NCBI GenBank assembly: GCA_041742135.1
Contig: JBGSJG010000008.1
Span: 32,518-96,517 of the forward strand
Source: Patescibacteria group bacterium
GTDB lineage: Bacteria > Patescibacteriota > Microgenomatia > UBA8517
Direction of reading: 5' to 3'
DNA: 64,000 nucleotides
Shown: positions 18,008-27,044 of the stretch, one piece after another
How the letters are laid out: each line of letters begins with the position of its first letter
Position numbering within the stretch: position 1 is the stretch's first letter
Program-made: the position numbers and the translations under genes
The notes under the pieces: model-generated
Told to the model about the DNA's origin: nothing
Databases searched by the model: none
Seen by the model: only the letters and a program-made list of their open reading frames with translations

Positions 18008-18644
18008 TTAAATCTTGGGCTTTTTCTTGTCTCCACTTCTCAATCTCTTTGTGATTGCCGCCGAGTAAAACCTCAGGAACTCTCCAGCCTTTATAATCTT
18101 CTGGCCTAGTAAACACCGGAAAATCAAGCTGATCCTCGATCGAAAAAGACTCATGTGTGGTCGCTTCTTCTTCGAGCACTCCTGGGATAAGCCTCACCAA
18201 GGAGTCAGTTATGGCCATGGCAGGGATTTCCCCTCCAGTAAGAATGTAGTCTCCGATCGAGATTTGCTCGTCAACGAGGTGCTCGTGAATTCTCTGATCA
18301 AAGCCTTCATAGTGGCCTGCGATTATGATTATGTGTTTTTGCGCAACCAATTCGCGTGCTTTGGCTTGATTATAAGTAGCGCCTTGTGGAGTTAAAAGAA
18401 TCACCCGGGAATCTTTTGTTCGAAGCTCTGAAAGCATTGCATCAATCGGCTCAACCATTAAAACCATGCCAACTCCGCCTCCGTAAGGCCTATCGTCAAC
18501 GCTCTTTCGACGGTCCTTTGCCCATTTTCTAAGATCGTGAATATTAATTTCGACCAAGCCCAAGTCTTTTGCTTTTTTGAGCATCGATGTGTCAAAAGGC
18601 CCCACAAACATGCTTGGGAAAAGCGTTACAATATCAATTCTCAT
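17988..18644 (-). CDS. trmD: tRNA (guanine37-N1)-methyltransferase
   Basis: MRIDIVTLFPSMF...DDRPYGGGVGMVLMVEPI...IIIAGHYEGFDQRI...DYILTGGEIPAMAITDSLVRLIPGVL. Confidence 0.9.
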   Translation of the reverse strand: MRIDIVTLFPSMFVGPFDTSMLKKAKDLGLVEINIHDLRKWAKDRRKSVDDRPYGGGVGMVLMVEPIDAMLSELRTKDSRVILLTPQGATYNQAKARELVAQKHIIIIAGHYEGFDQRIHEHLVDEQISIGDYILTGGEIPAMAITDSLVRLIPGVLEEEATTHESFSIEDQLDFPVFTRPEDYKGWRVPEVLLGGNHKEIEKWRQEKAQDLTRSKQQ

Positions 18645-18667
18645 TGTGATTGTAGTATACTCTATGC

Positions 18668-19216
18668 ATGGATGTGACTGTGGATATCGCAGCTACCTTA
18701 GATACAATTAAGAAGGTTTTTAAGGGGCCTAAAAAATTCTTCGAGGGAGTAAAAAAACAAAAGTCGTGGAAGGACGCCTTTGGTGTTGTTCTAATTACTG
18801 CCGCGATTGGGCATATTTTGGCAGGGGCTTATGCTTTTATTTATTCTTCTACCCAGTCCGAGCCCTTAGCTCTTGCACAAATAATCCCAGCAATATTGAT
18901 AAGTTTCGTTCTCACTCTTGGGATGAGTTTTGTTTGGGGTTGGGCCCTTAAAATTTGGCTTAGCATCTTTAAAGTTGAGACAAGCTTTAGTCGGGCATTT
19001 TTGGTAATGGCCTATTCTCGTATTCCAAATCTTTTGTTTAGTTGGTTACCTTTTGTTAATTTCTTTATGGCGGTTTTTAGTTTTTATCTTCTTATGATTG
19101 GTCTTGAAAGCCAGTACGAAATCAAGAGAAAGAAGGCCATTGTGATTATCGTGACCTCCATAATTGCTTTGTTTGCTTTGTCTGTTCTTCTGTTTTTAAT
19201 ATTTCCGCAAGTTTAA
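18668..19216 (+). CDS. Small polytopic membrane protein (Yip1-like?)
   Basis: Hydrophilic N-terminus followed by 4-5 TM helices. No catalytic motif. Confidence 0.3.
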   Translation: MDVTVDIAATLDTIKKVFKGPKKFFEGVKKQKSWKDAFGVVLITAAIGHILAGAYAFIYSSTQSEPLALAQIIPAILISFVLTLGMSFVWGWALKIWLSIFKVETSFSRAFLVMAYSRIPNLLFSWLPFVNFFMAVFSFYLLMIGLESQYEIKRKKAIVIIVTSIIALFALSVLLFLIFPQV

Positions 19217-19219
19217 CCT

Positions 19220-20368
19220 ATGGATAAAGTAGTCATTGTAATGCCCACATATAAGGAAAAAGAGAATATTGGCAGTATGATTGAGGTTCTTTTTGAAAAA
19301 GAATTTCCAAAAATTAAAAATGCCCAGATGCATTTATTAGTAGTTAATGATTTACCTGCTCTGGATGGAAAAGACGATGGAACAGGAGATATAGTTCGGA
19401 ATTTTGCTAAAAAATATTCCAATCTTCATATTATTGAGCATGTCAAAGAAGGTTTGGGCTGGGCATATATTCGTGGGATGAAATATGCAGTGGACAAGCT
19501 TGGCGCTGATGCTGTCATGGAGATGGATGCAGATTTTCAGCACCCGCCAAGATTTGTAAAGCCAATGGTAGAGGCTTATTTGGGTGGCGCGGATTATGCG
19601 ATTGGCTCACGCTACATCAAAGGCGGCTCTGTTCCTGCCGAGTGGGCAACAAGTCGCAAAGCCGTGAGCTTTTTTGGCAATTTGTTCATAAGACTTGTGC
19701 TTGTGAAACCGGGTCTTCACGATTTGACAACAGGTTTTAGGCTGACTCGAGTTAAAGGAGTTTTGGACAAAATAAATTTGAATAACTTGATGGAGCCAAG
19801 CCGTTTTGCTTATAAAGTTGATTTGCTCTATCAAAGCATTAAAAATGCGAAGAAAGTTGTCGAGGTCCCCTTGGAATTCGCGGCACGCTCCAAAGAAGCC
19901 TCAAAGTTTAGCGGTAAAGAAATGATTTCTACTTTCAAGGTAGCCATAATTTTGGGAATAAAGGACAAGATCAGGTTCATTAAATTCGGAACCGTCGGAG
20001 TGGCTGGCTTTATGGTCAATTTCATTGGTATCCGATTCTTTAGATCAATAGGTTGGCCAGAAGTAGCTGCATGGCTTGTGGCCACTGAGCTTGCAATAAT
20101 TAATAATTATATTTTCAATAACATCTGGACGTTCAAAGAGAAGAAAATCGGAGGAGTGGCAAAAACAATTGCAAGCTTTGCCAAATTTAATTTTACTTCG
20201 ATTGGAGCTCTTATTATCCAGTCGGTATTTGGGCCGTTAGGTGTACGGCTTGTGGGGCAGCAGTATGATTTTATAGTTTTGGCCGTGGTAGTGGCCTTCA
20301 TGGTTCTGCCTTACAACTACTTAATGTATAACTTGGTTATTTGGAAGACCTGGAAACTTCCTAAATAG
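19220..20368 (+). CDS. Polyprenyl-phosphate glycosyltransferase (DPM1/GtrB-like GT2) fused to C-terminal GtrA-like domain
   Basis: VVIVMPTYKEKENI...LVVNDLP...MEMDADFQHPP...IGSRYIKGG. C-terminal RFIKFGTVGVAGFMVNFIGIRFF... (GtrA-like 4-TM). Confidence 0.7.
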   Translation: MDKVVIVMPTYKEKENIGSMIEVLFEKEFPKIKNAQMHLLVVNDLPALDGKDDGTGDIVRNFAKKYSNLHIIEHVKEGLGWAYIRGMKYAVDKLGADAVMEMDADFQHPPRFVKPMVEAYLGGADYAIGSRYIKGGSVPAEWATSRKAVSFFGNLFIRLVLVKPGLHDLTTGFRLTRVKGVLDKINLNNLMEPSRFAYKVDLLYQSIKNAKKVVEVPLEFAARSKEASKFSGKEMISTFKVAIILGIKDKIRFIKFGTVGVAGFMVNFIGIRFFRSIGWPEVAAWLVATELAIINNYIFNNIWTFKEKKIGGVAKTIASFAKFNFTSIGALIIQSVFGPLGVRLVGQQYDFIVLAVVVAFMVLPYNYLMYNLVIWKTWKLPK

Positions 20369-20666
20369 CTTCTGGCTCCAAGACTTCTGAAGCGATCAAC
20401 ACTCGAGCATCGACAGGAAGCGCATCTTCGATCTTGCCTCCAAAATGGTTATACGCGGCTCTAAACCCCTGAGTATGTGCAATATTGGCCCACTCTGCCT
20501 GAGCTTCCTTACCAAGCGATGAAAATATCTTCAGTGCGTCAGGAGCCGATCCTTGAAGACGCGGAATATTTTCACTGGTAAACATCATTAGCCTCTGGCT
20601 TTCTCTCCACCTTAACGGATTATGTTCACATGTCATGAAACTATGGTAATTCTTAACAACTATCAA
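20361..20666 (-). CDS. Hypothetical protein
   Basis: 101-aa ORF, the only one covering this region. No recognisable motif. TTG start or internal ATG. Confidence 0.3.
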   Translation of the reverse strand: MIVVKNYHSFMTCEHNPLRWRESQRLMMFTSENIPRLQGSAPDALKIFSSLGKEAQAEWANIAHTQGFRAAYNHFGGKIEDALPVDARVLIASEVLEPEAI

Positions 20667-20682
20667 TTACTCGCAAATAGAG

Positions 20683-20715
20683 CTTGGTTGCTTTAAATGT
20701 CTGGTCTTGGTTGCT
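20683..20715. repeat. Direct repeat CTTGGTTGCT x2 (23-bp period) in the divergent intergenic region
   Basis: CTTGGTTGCT at 20683-20692 and again at 20706-20715, immediately upstream of the ATG at 20727. Confidence 0.5.
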
Positions 20716-20726
20716 AAAATACAAAA

Positions 20727-21593
20727 ATGACCCCAGAGAAGTCGGTGGAGAGTGTGAAATATTCTGATGAGTGGTTTTTGCGTCTTTATCTGGCAAGCGG
20801 CTCTGTAGAGGAGGCAATCGCAAGCTATCCGGAAAATCTACCAATCTCTGCTGCCAATTTTCACCGCCTAGTGGTCAGAAATGGCCTCGTAACGTCTGCT
20901 GGCCGCCATGTAAGCTTGCCCGAAACGCTGCATTTTTTTAGGCTTAAGGCTATGGAGCAAGATACTCCGCTTGAGCGCCTGTACCGCGAGTTCCCACCTT
21001 CTTTTAAAACTTCACTTTCTACTCTCCACAGAGTTTATCAGCGGATCGAAAAAGGCTTAGTGAATCGCAAAGCTGCGGCACTTTTGATTTCAGCCGAAAG
21101 TGATCGGACACAGATACTTATCGGCAGAGAGCTTACGGGCAACAGCCGCTATGGAAAGCACGCTGGGGATTTCTCGATTCCTATGGGTTTTTCAAGACAA
21201 GAAGAGTCATCAGTTGAATCGGTTGCAAGAGTGCTTCAACAGGAAGTTTTTGCAGGCGAAGCGGCAAAAGGCAATCTCCACACCGGCAGTGAACTTTTCA
21301 AAAAAATCGTACCCGAAAATATTGAACCAATAGCGTATTTTGATATTGTTGATGTTGAGGTGTCTGTTTATTGCCTGAGCATCCCAATAATTCACCCTGC
21401 CTTTGAGAGTTACAAACTTGCTGAGCATCAATTCCTAAATTTTGGCGATATGGAGGCTTTGTCTCTTCGCACAGGTGTGGGAGAGATTGTTAATATTTAT
21501 CAAAGCTATTTGGACAACCCTTACACTGTTGAATTCCCCGTTCGTTATAGATCAGAAGTTAATTTAGCACTTTCGCAAGTGTTTGAACTATAA
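20727..21593 (+). CDS. Hypothetical protein with degenerate Nudix-like core
   Basis: GFSRQEESSVESVARVLQQEV resembles a Nudix box with RE->RV and EE->QE substitutions. Confidence 0.3.
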   Translation: MTPEKSVESVKYSDEWFLRLYLASGSVEEAIASYPENLPISAANFHRLVVRNGLVTSAGRHVSLPETLHFFRLKAMEQDTPLERLYREFPPSFKTSLSTLHRVYQRIEKGLVNRKAAALLISAESDRTQILIGRELTGNSRYGKHAGDFSIPMGFSRQEESSVESVARVLQQEVFAGEAAKGNLHTGSELFKKIVPENIEPIAYFDIVDVEVSVYCLSIPIIHPAFESYKLAEHQFLNFGDMEALSLRTGVGEIVNIYQSYLDNPYTVEFPVRYRSEVNLALSQVFEL

Positions 21594-22742
21594 AAATGGC
21601 CCCCAGTCAGCTATTGGCATTACGTTGTTTGAGATAAAGGCCAAGGAAAATAGCACCACAGGTACAACAATAATAGCTAAAATTATCTTAAATTCTTTAG
21701 TTGATAATTCACGCCAAAAGGCCAAAAGAATATAAGGCATGATGGGGAGCGAATATCTCATCAAATCACGATGAGATACAAAAAATATTGTGACAGTAAA
21801 AATCCCCACAAACCAAGCAAGAACTACTTGCTTTTGCTTAACCAGAGCCATAAGCCCGAGAAGTGCAAAAATATAGATAAAAATTATCTCCTCTAGCCAG
21901 TGAGTGTTCACCCAAGGTTGTGAGTAGTTAAATATCTGGAAAGGTGGGAAAAAGAGGTGAATATTGTCCCCAGAGTTAAAATACGCTAGAAAATCTCCAA
22001 ACTGGATTTTGTAAAAATAAAACAGCCCCAATAAAGAAATTGGAATCAAAAAGATCGGATAAGCTCTATAGGAGAGCCCCGAAATCCAAGCAGGAACACT
22101 TTTGGTTGCCAAGTCTTTAAGCTTCGGCATGACAATAGCACAAAAATAGGCGACAAACAGAAGAATTGCAGGAGACTTTGTAAGCTGTGCAAGAGCTCCA
22201 AAGATTCCCGCCAACCAATATTGTTTTTTGTTAAAGTGATAAATTGAGGCCATTATTAGCCCAACAAACAAAGGTTCTGGCGAGCCAACCGCTTTCACTA
22301 TCAGCCACCGTGCTGGAAATACTGCAAAGACAAGTGACAGCCAAAGTGCAATTTTGGCGTTAGTAAATTTTTTGGCAAGTAAATAAAAATACGCAGAGCT
22401 AAGTACCGATCCAAACAGTGTCGCAAAAAGCATCCCCCAGGGGAACCCCAGAGGAAGGGCAAAAAGCCTTATCGTTAGAGGATAAAGAGGAAAGTGAGCT
22501 GCGTAATATTCCAATGGAAGGGGAAATGAGTAGTTTGCGGCGATACTGGGCAAATGGTAGAAGGTTTTTGCGATAACTATATATAGTGGTCCATCATAGT
22601 TGGCGGCGACATTTTGCATCCCACCTTCAGGGATCGGTATACCCAAGAAAGACTCAAAACCAAGCAGAAACGGAAGCCACAGCAACACTGTTGGTAGCAC
22701 TCCAAGAAGTACCAAGTATGCTAAAACTGACAAGTTCTTCAT
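21588..22742 (-). CDS. Multi-pass membrane protein, GT-C-like (possibly DUF2029/GT87-like mannosyltransferase)
   Basis: About 11 TM helices and aromatic-rich loops. One of the few minus-strand genes. Confidence 0.35.
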   Translation of the reverse strand: MKNLSVLAYLVLLGVLPTVLLWLPFLLGFESFLGIPIPEGGMQNVAANYDGPLYIVIAKTFYHLPSIAANYSFPLPLEYYAAHFPLYPLTIRLFALPLGFPWGMLFATLFGSVLSSAYFYLLAKKFTNAKIALWLSLVFAVFPARWLIVKAVGSPEPLFVGLIMASIYHFNKKQYWLAGIFGALAQLTKSPAILLFVAYFCAIVMPKLKDLATKSVPAWISGLSYRAYPIFLIPISLLGLFYFYKIQFGDFLAYFNSGDNIHLFFPPFQIFNYSQPWVNTHWLEEIIFIYIFALLGLMALVKQKQVVLAWFVGIFTVTIFFVSHRDLMRYSLPIMPYILLAFWRELSTKEFKIILAIIVVPVVLFSLAFISNNVMPIADWGPFL

Positions 22743-22792
22743 TCCTAATTTTACTAAATTTTAAGCTTAGATTATACTAACTACAGATTAGC

Positions 22793-23497
22793 ATGAAAAC
22801 ACCCGAGCTCTCTGTATTTTTTCCAGCTTACAACGAGGAGGCAAACATTGCAACGACAGTGGAGCGTGCTACAAAGATTTTGCCCAACGTTGCAAAAAAA
22901 TGGGAAATTATTATTGTCGATGATGGCTCGCGCGATAAGACTCCTGAAATTTCAGACCGCCTTGCACGCAAACATAAAAACGTAAGAGCAATTCACCACA
23001 ACCCTAATCGCGGGTATGGTGGGGCCTTCAAGACCGGTTTTGAGTCTTCTAAATACGACTGGATAGCATTTACCGATTCAGACGGCCAGTTTGATTTGGC
23101 TGAAATTACGCAATTTATTGATAAACAAAAGAAGAGCCGTGCTGACATCGTAATTGGTTACTATAAAAAACGTCAGGTTTCAAAAACCAAGATTCTTACA
23201 AGTAAAATCTGGGAGTATGTTGTTTATTTTTTCTTTGGGCTTAAAGTGACAGACATCGATTGTGGGTTTAAATATGTATCTAAAAAAGTAGTCGATAAAA
23301 TATTTCCTCTAGAAAGTGAACGTGGAGCGTTTATCTCAAGTGAATTTCTTATTAAAGCTCGCAAAAGCGGGTTCAAAATAGTTGAAATTCCGATTACGCA
23401 CTACCCGAGAACAAAAGGCGCGGGAACCGGAAGAGACATAAAAGTCATCATAAAAAGCTTCGAAGATTTGTTTCGCCTTTGGCTAAAACTGCGATGA
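22793..23497 (+). CDS. Polyprenyl-phosphate sugar synthase (ArnC/DPM1-like GT2)
   Basis: LSVFFPAYNEEANI...IIIVDDGSRDKTPEI...FTDSDGQFD. Confidence 0.75.
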   Translation: MKTPELSVFFPAYNEEANIATTVERATKILPNVAKKWEIIIVDDGSRDKTPEISDRLARKHKNVRAIHHNPNRGYGGAFKTGFESSKYDWIAFTDSDGQFDLAEITQFIDKQKKSRADIVIGYYKKRQVSKTKILTSKIWEYVVYFFFGLKVTDIDCGFKYVSKKVVDKIFPLESERGAFISSEFLIKARKSGFKIVEIPITHYPRTKGAGTGRDIKVIIKSFEDLFRLWLKLR

Positions 23498-25023
23498 AAA
23501 AGCTAGGTGCCGCTATCCGCCGAAATAAAACTGAGTTTATTATTTTATCTTTAATTCTGCTTGTTGGAGCATTTTTGCGGTTTTACAAAATAGATCAATA
23601 CCTCACTTTTTTGGGAGACGAAGGCCGGGATGTTCTTTTGGTTAGAAGATTCTTAGTCGAGGGTGATATCTTTCTAATTGGGCCGGGCACTTCCATTGGT
23701 AACATGTATCTGGGGCCGCTTTATTATTACTTAATTGCGCCCTTTTTGTGGGTGGCGAATTATTCTCCTGTTGGGCCAGCAGCAATGATAGCAGGCTTAG
23801 GAGTGGTAACAATTGCTTTTGTTTGGTGGGTGGGCCGAGAGTTTTTTGGAAAGCATGCCGCAATAGTTGCTTCACTTTTGTATGCTATTTCGCCAACGGT
23901 AATCATTTATTCTCGCTCTTCGTGGAACCCCAACATTATGCCATTTTTTGCCCTTTTGTGTGTTTATTCGCTTTGGCGTGTTTACTCAAAAAACCAGCCT
24001 AGATGGCTACTAGTCCTTGGTGTGTCGTTTGCGTTTGTACTTCAGTCGCACTACTTGGGGCTCGTCTTGGCTCCAACACTTGCGGTTTATTGGTTTTTGT
24101 CTTTGATAAAAGTCTGGAGAAATAAAGATTCAAGAGTAAAGTTTATTCTTAATTCATTTTTTGGCTTTGCAATCTTCTTGCTATTAATGTCACCCTTGGC
24201 AATTTTTGATGCTCGGCACAATTGGCAAAACCTAGAAGCTATCAAAAAGTTTTTCTTTGAGCGGCAGACAACGGTTTCTGCAAGGCCATGGAATGCATTA
24301 CCTGTGATTTGGCCAGAGCTTAAAGAGATAAGCACTCGACTAGTGGGAGGGCGTAGCATGGTCTTTGGCGAGTGGGTTGCGTTGTTTTTAGCTGGAGGCT
24401 CAGTGTTTGCACTGGTTAAAAACAGGCTTGGGAGCAAAAAGTCTTTGATGGCCTTCGTGTTACTTTTAGTTTGGCTAGGGATGTCGCTTGTTGGGCTTGG
24501 GCTTTATAAACAACATATTTATGATCACTATTACGGCTTTTTCTTTGTAGTGCCATTTTTATTGCTAGGCGGTATTTCTCAGGCATTCATCAATCAATCT
24601 AAAATCCGTGGTGTTTGGATTGTCGCAACCGTGATAGTTTTTGCGGTTTATTTTAATTTGCAGGAAAATCCTTTAAGATCGAGCCCAAACAATCAGATGG
24701 GAAGGACGAGGCAGGCTGCCGATAGAATAATCGAGCTTGCAGACGGAAGGCCTCTTAATTTGGCTGTGTTGGCCGAGCGAAACTATGAAGACGCTTATCA
24801 GTATTTTTTGGAGGCTCGTAATGTGCAGGTTCTTGAAATCAACCCACAAGAGCTGGAAAACACACTCGCCCAGCAGCTTTTTGTGGTCTGTGAACTTCCC
24901 GAAGAGAAATGCGATCCGGTTCATAGTCCAAAAACGGAAATAGCGAATTTTGGCTGGAGCGTGGTCGAAAGTAAAGAAAATGTGGCTGGAGTAATTCTTT
25001 ACAAATTAGTTCACTCCGAGTAG
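23494..25023 (+). CDS. PMT/ArnT-like GT-C glycosyltransferase ('FLGDEGRD' subfamily)
   Basis: LRFYKIDQYLTFLGDEGRDVLLVRRFLVEGDIFLIGPGTSIGNMYLGPLYYY, with more than 10 TM helices. ATGA overlap with the upstream GT2 (start taken at the second Met, 23494). Confidence 0.6.
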   Translation: MKKLGAAIRRNKTEFIILSLILLVGAFLRFYKIDQYLTFLGDEGRDVLLVRRFLVEGDIFLIGPGTSIGNMYLGPLYYYLIAPFLWVANYSPVGPAAMIAGLGVVTIAFVWWVGREFFGKHAAIVASLLYAISPTVIIYSRSSWNPNIMPFFALLCVYSLWRVYSKNQPRWLLVLGVSFAFVLQSHYLGLVLAPTLAVYWFLSLIKVWRNKDSRVKFILNSFFGFAIFLLLMSPLAIFDARHNWQNLEAIKKFFFERQTTVSARPWNALPVIWPELKEISTRLVGGRSMVFGEWVALFLAGGSVFALVKNRLGSKKSLMAFVLLLVWLGMSLVGLGLYKQHIYDHYYGFFFVVPFLLLGGISQAFINQSKIRGVWIVATVIVFAVYFNLQENPLRSSPNNQMGRTRQAADRIIELADGRPLNLAVLAERNYEDAYQYFLEARNVQVLEINPQELENTLAQQLFVVCELPEEKCDPVHSPKTEIANFGWSVVESKENVAGVILYKLVHSE

Positions 25024-25053
25024 ACTCGACTAGAGTTTTTTCATTAAAACCCA

Positions 25054-26037
25054 ATGACATACCGTGAATCGCAAGAAATATTGGCAAAAATTAAGAGTGC
25101 TAATAAGATCTTAATCAATTGCCACCAACGCCCGGATGTAGACTCAATAAGTAGCGCACTGTCTATGTGCCAGGCTCTGCATCAGCTTGGAAAAGAAGTA
25201 AAAATTATCTGCCCAGACGAAAAGTTGCCAGAGTTAGATTTTTTAGAATGTTACGAACATTTTGCAACAATTGACTTTGCAAACTTCAATTTTAGCGATT
25301 ATGATTTGTTTATTATTCTTGATTCTGCAAGCCAAGAGGTGGTGACGGGCAGTAAAGAAATTAAGCTTCCAAATATTCCAACCATCGTGATCGATCACCA
25401 CATGACCAATCTAAGCTTTGGAGACATTAATTTGATCGACGAGCAAAGATCGGCTGCCACAGAACTTTTATACCTGTTGTTTGTCGACTGGGGTATAAAA
25501 ATTACCCGACCTCTGGCGACTTCACTTCTGACCGGTATATTGGGCGATACTGGTGCTTTCGAGTATCACAATACAACTCCAAAGACTCTCCAGATAGCTT
25601 CGAAGCTTATGAAAAAAGGAGCTGACAAAGACGAGATACTTCTTAAAATATTTAGAAGTAAGCAACTTAATCTTTTGAAATTTTGGGGCAAAGTGTTAGA
25701 TGAGTTGGAGGTTGATGAAAGCGGCAAATTTACCTGGTGCGCAATTGCCTATGCGGATTATCAAAAACTTGGTTTTCCCCAGACTGCTCGTGAATCGGCA
25801 AGCTCATCGTTTATCAGAATGGTGGAGGGAACAGAGTTTGGGATCGTGATGCTTGAAGAGGAGCCCGGCGTGCTTCGTGTGAGCCTTAGATCCAGAAGCT
25901 CGGATTTTGATGTTTCAGAAATTGCATTAGCCTTGGGAGGAGGAGGGCACTCTGGTGCGGCCGGAGCAACAGTGATAAACGGATCGTTCGAGGAGTCTGT
26001 TGAAAAAGTTGTAGACACAGCTCGAAAATTTATATAA
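25054..26037 (+). CDS. DHH/DHHA1 phosphoesterase (NrnA-like), copy 1
   Basis: INCHQRPDVDSISS, IVIDHH, GILGDTGAF, LGGGGHSGAAGA. Confidence 0.75.
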   Translation: MTYRESQEILAKIKSANKILINCHQRPDVDSISSALSMCQALHQLGKEVKIICPDEKLPELDFLECYEHFATIDFANFNFSDYDLFIILDSASQEVVTGSKEIKLPNIPTIVIDHHMTNLSFGDINLIDEQRSAATELLYLLFVDWGIKITRPLATSLLTGILGDTGAFEYHNTTPKTLQIASKLMKKGADKDEILLKIFRSKQLNLLKFWGKVLDELEVDESGKFTWCAIAYADYQKLGFPQTARESASSSFIRMVEGTEFGIVMLEEEPGVLRVSLRSRSSDFDVSEIALALGGGGHSGAAGATVINGSFEESVEKVVDTARKFI

Positions 26038-27015
26038 ATGAATTACAAAGAATCAAAAAAGATACTTCAGTTAATTAAACAAGCTAAAAATATCTTGATC
26101 AATTGCCATGTGCATCCAGACGCTGACTCGGTTGGAGGAGCATTGGCTTTGGCGCTAGTCATAAAAAGATTGGATAAAAAAGTGAAGATAGTTTGTGCTG
26201 ACCCAATTGGCGATGAACTTAGGTTTTTAACTAGTTCAGAGTTAATCGAAGAGACTGATTTTTCAAAATTAGATTATGAAGAATATGACTTGTTTTTGGC
26301 TTTGGATACATCAACTTGGGATAGGGTGTGTGGAAGTAAGGACTTGCCTTTGCCAGATATTAAAATTATTCAAATAGATCACCATAAGACAAATTCTATG
26401 TATGGCCAAATTAATCTAGTTGATTACACCAAAAAATCAAATTGCGAGATTTTGTACAAGGTCTTTGAGGATTGGCAGGTTAAAATTGACGAGAAGCTGG
26501 CGCAATATTTGCTGACTGGAATCATTGGTGACACGGGAAGTTTCCAATATGAAACGCCACCAGAAACTTTGGAGCTTGCGGCAAAACTCATGAGATTAGG
26601 GGGAAACAAGGAGGAAATCAGCAAAAACTTATCTAGAAGTGTGGAATTTGGTGACATTAAAATAATCGGGGAGTTATTAAGGAATGCCGTCTTCGATAAA
26701 AAACACAAGTTTATATGGTGTGCGATACCGTATAAATTTATCAAAAATTATTCTGAAGACCCGAAATTAGACGCAGTCGATTTGCTGCTTCAAGGGACTA
26801 GAGGAGCTACGTTTGGGATTAGGATGGTCGAAAAAGCACCTAAAGAGGTAAGTGTAAGTTTAAGAGCGAGGGATGATTTTGACACGTCGAAAATTTCAGT
26901 AGAACTTGGCGGAGGCGGACACCCAGTAGCTTCAGGCGCGAAAATTGTTGGTATGAACTTTAATGAGGTTGTTGAAAAAGTTCTTCAGACTGCGAGGAAG
27001 TATGCCAGCCAGTAA
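26038..27015 (+). CDS. DHH/DHHA1 phosphoesterase (NrnA-like), copy 2
   Basis: INCHVHPDADSVGG, IQIDHH, GIIGDTGSF, LGGGGHPVASGA. Starts at the nucleotide after the copy 1 stop. Confidence 0.75.
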   Translation: MNYKESKKILQLIKQAKNILINCHVHPDADSVGGALALALVIKRLDKKVKIVCADPIGDELRFLTSSELIEETDFSKLDYEEYDLFLALDTSTWDRVCGSKDLPLPDIKIIQIDHHKTNSMYGQINLVDYTKKSNCEILYKVFEDWQVKIDEKLAQYLLTGIIGDTGSFQYETPPETLELAAKLMRLGGNKEEISKNLSRSVEFGDIKIIGELLRNAVFDKKHKFIWCAIPYKFIKNYSEDPKLDAVDLLLQGTRGATFGIRMVEKAPKEVSVSLRARDDFDTSKISVELGGGGHPVASGAKIVGMNFNEVVEKVLQTARKYASQ

Positions 27016-27044
27016 GCTGATATAATTTCTTATAAACTATTCGC

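Noticed and set aside
18645-18667. 23-nt divergent intergenic region between trmD (-) and the Yip1-like gene (+), considered as a shared bidirectional promoter.
   Set aside because: Too short to contain two full promoters. Promoter elements probably lie within the coding ends, and no clear -35/-10 pair could be read.
25010-25053. Possible intrinsic terminator after gene 23494-25023 (short CGAG/CTCG hairpin followed by TTTTTT).
   Set aside because: The stem is only ~4 bp and the next gene starts within 30 nt, so this is probably just intergenic sequence. It is too weak to call without folding energies.
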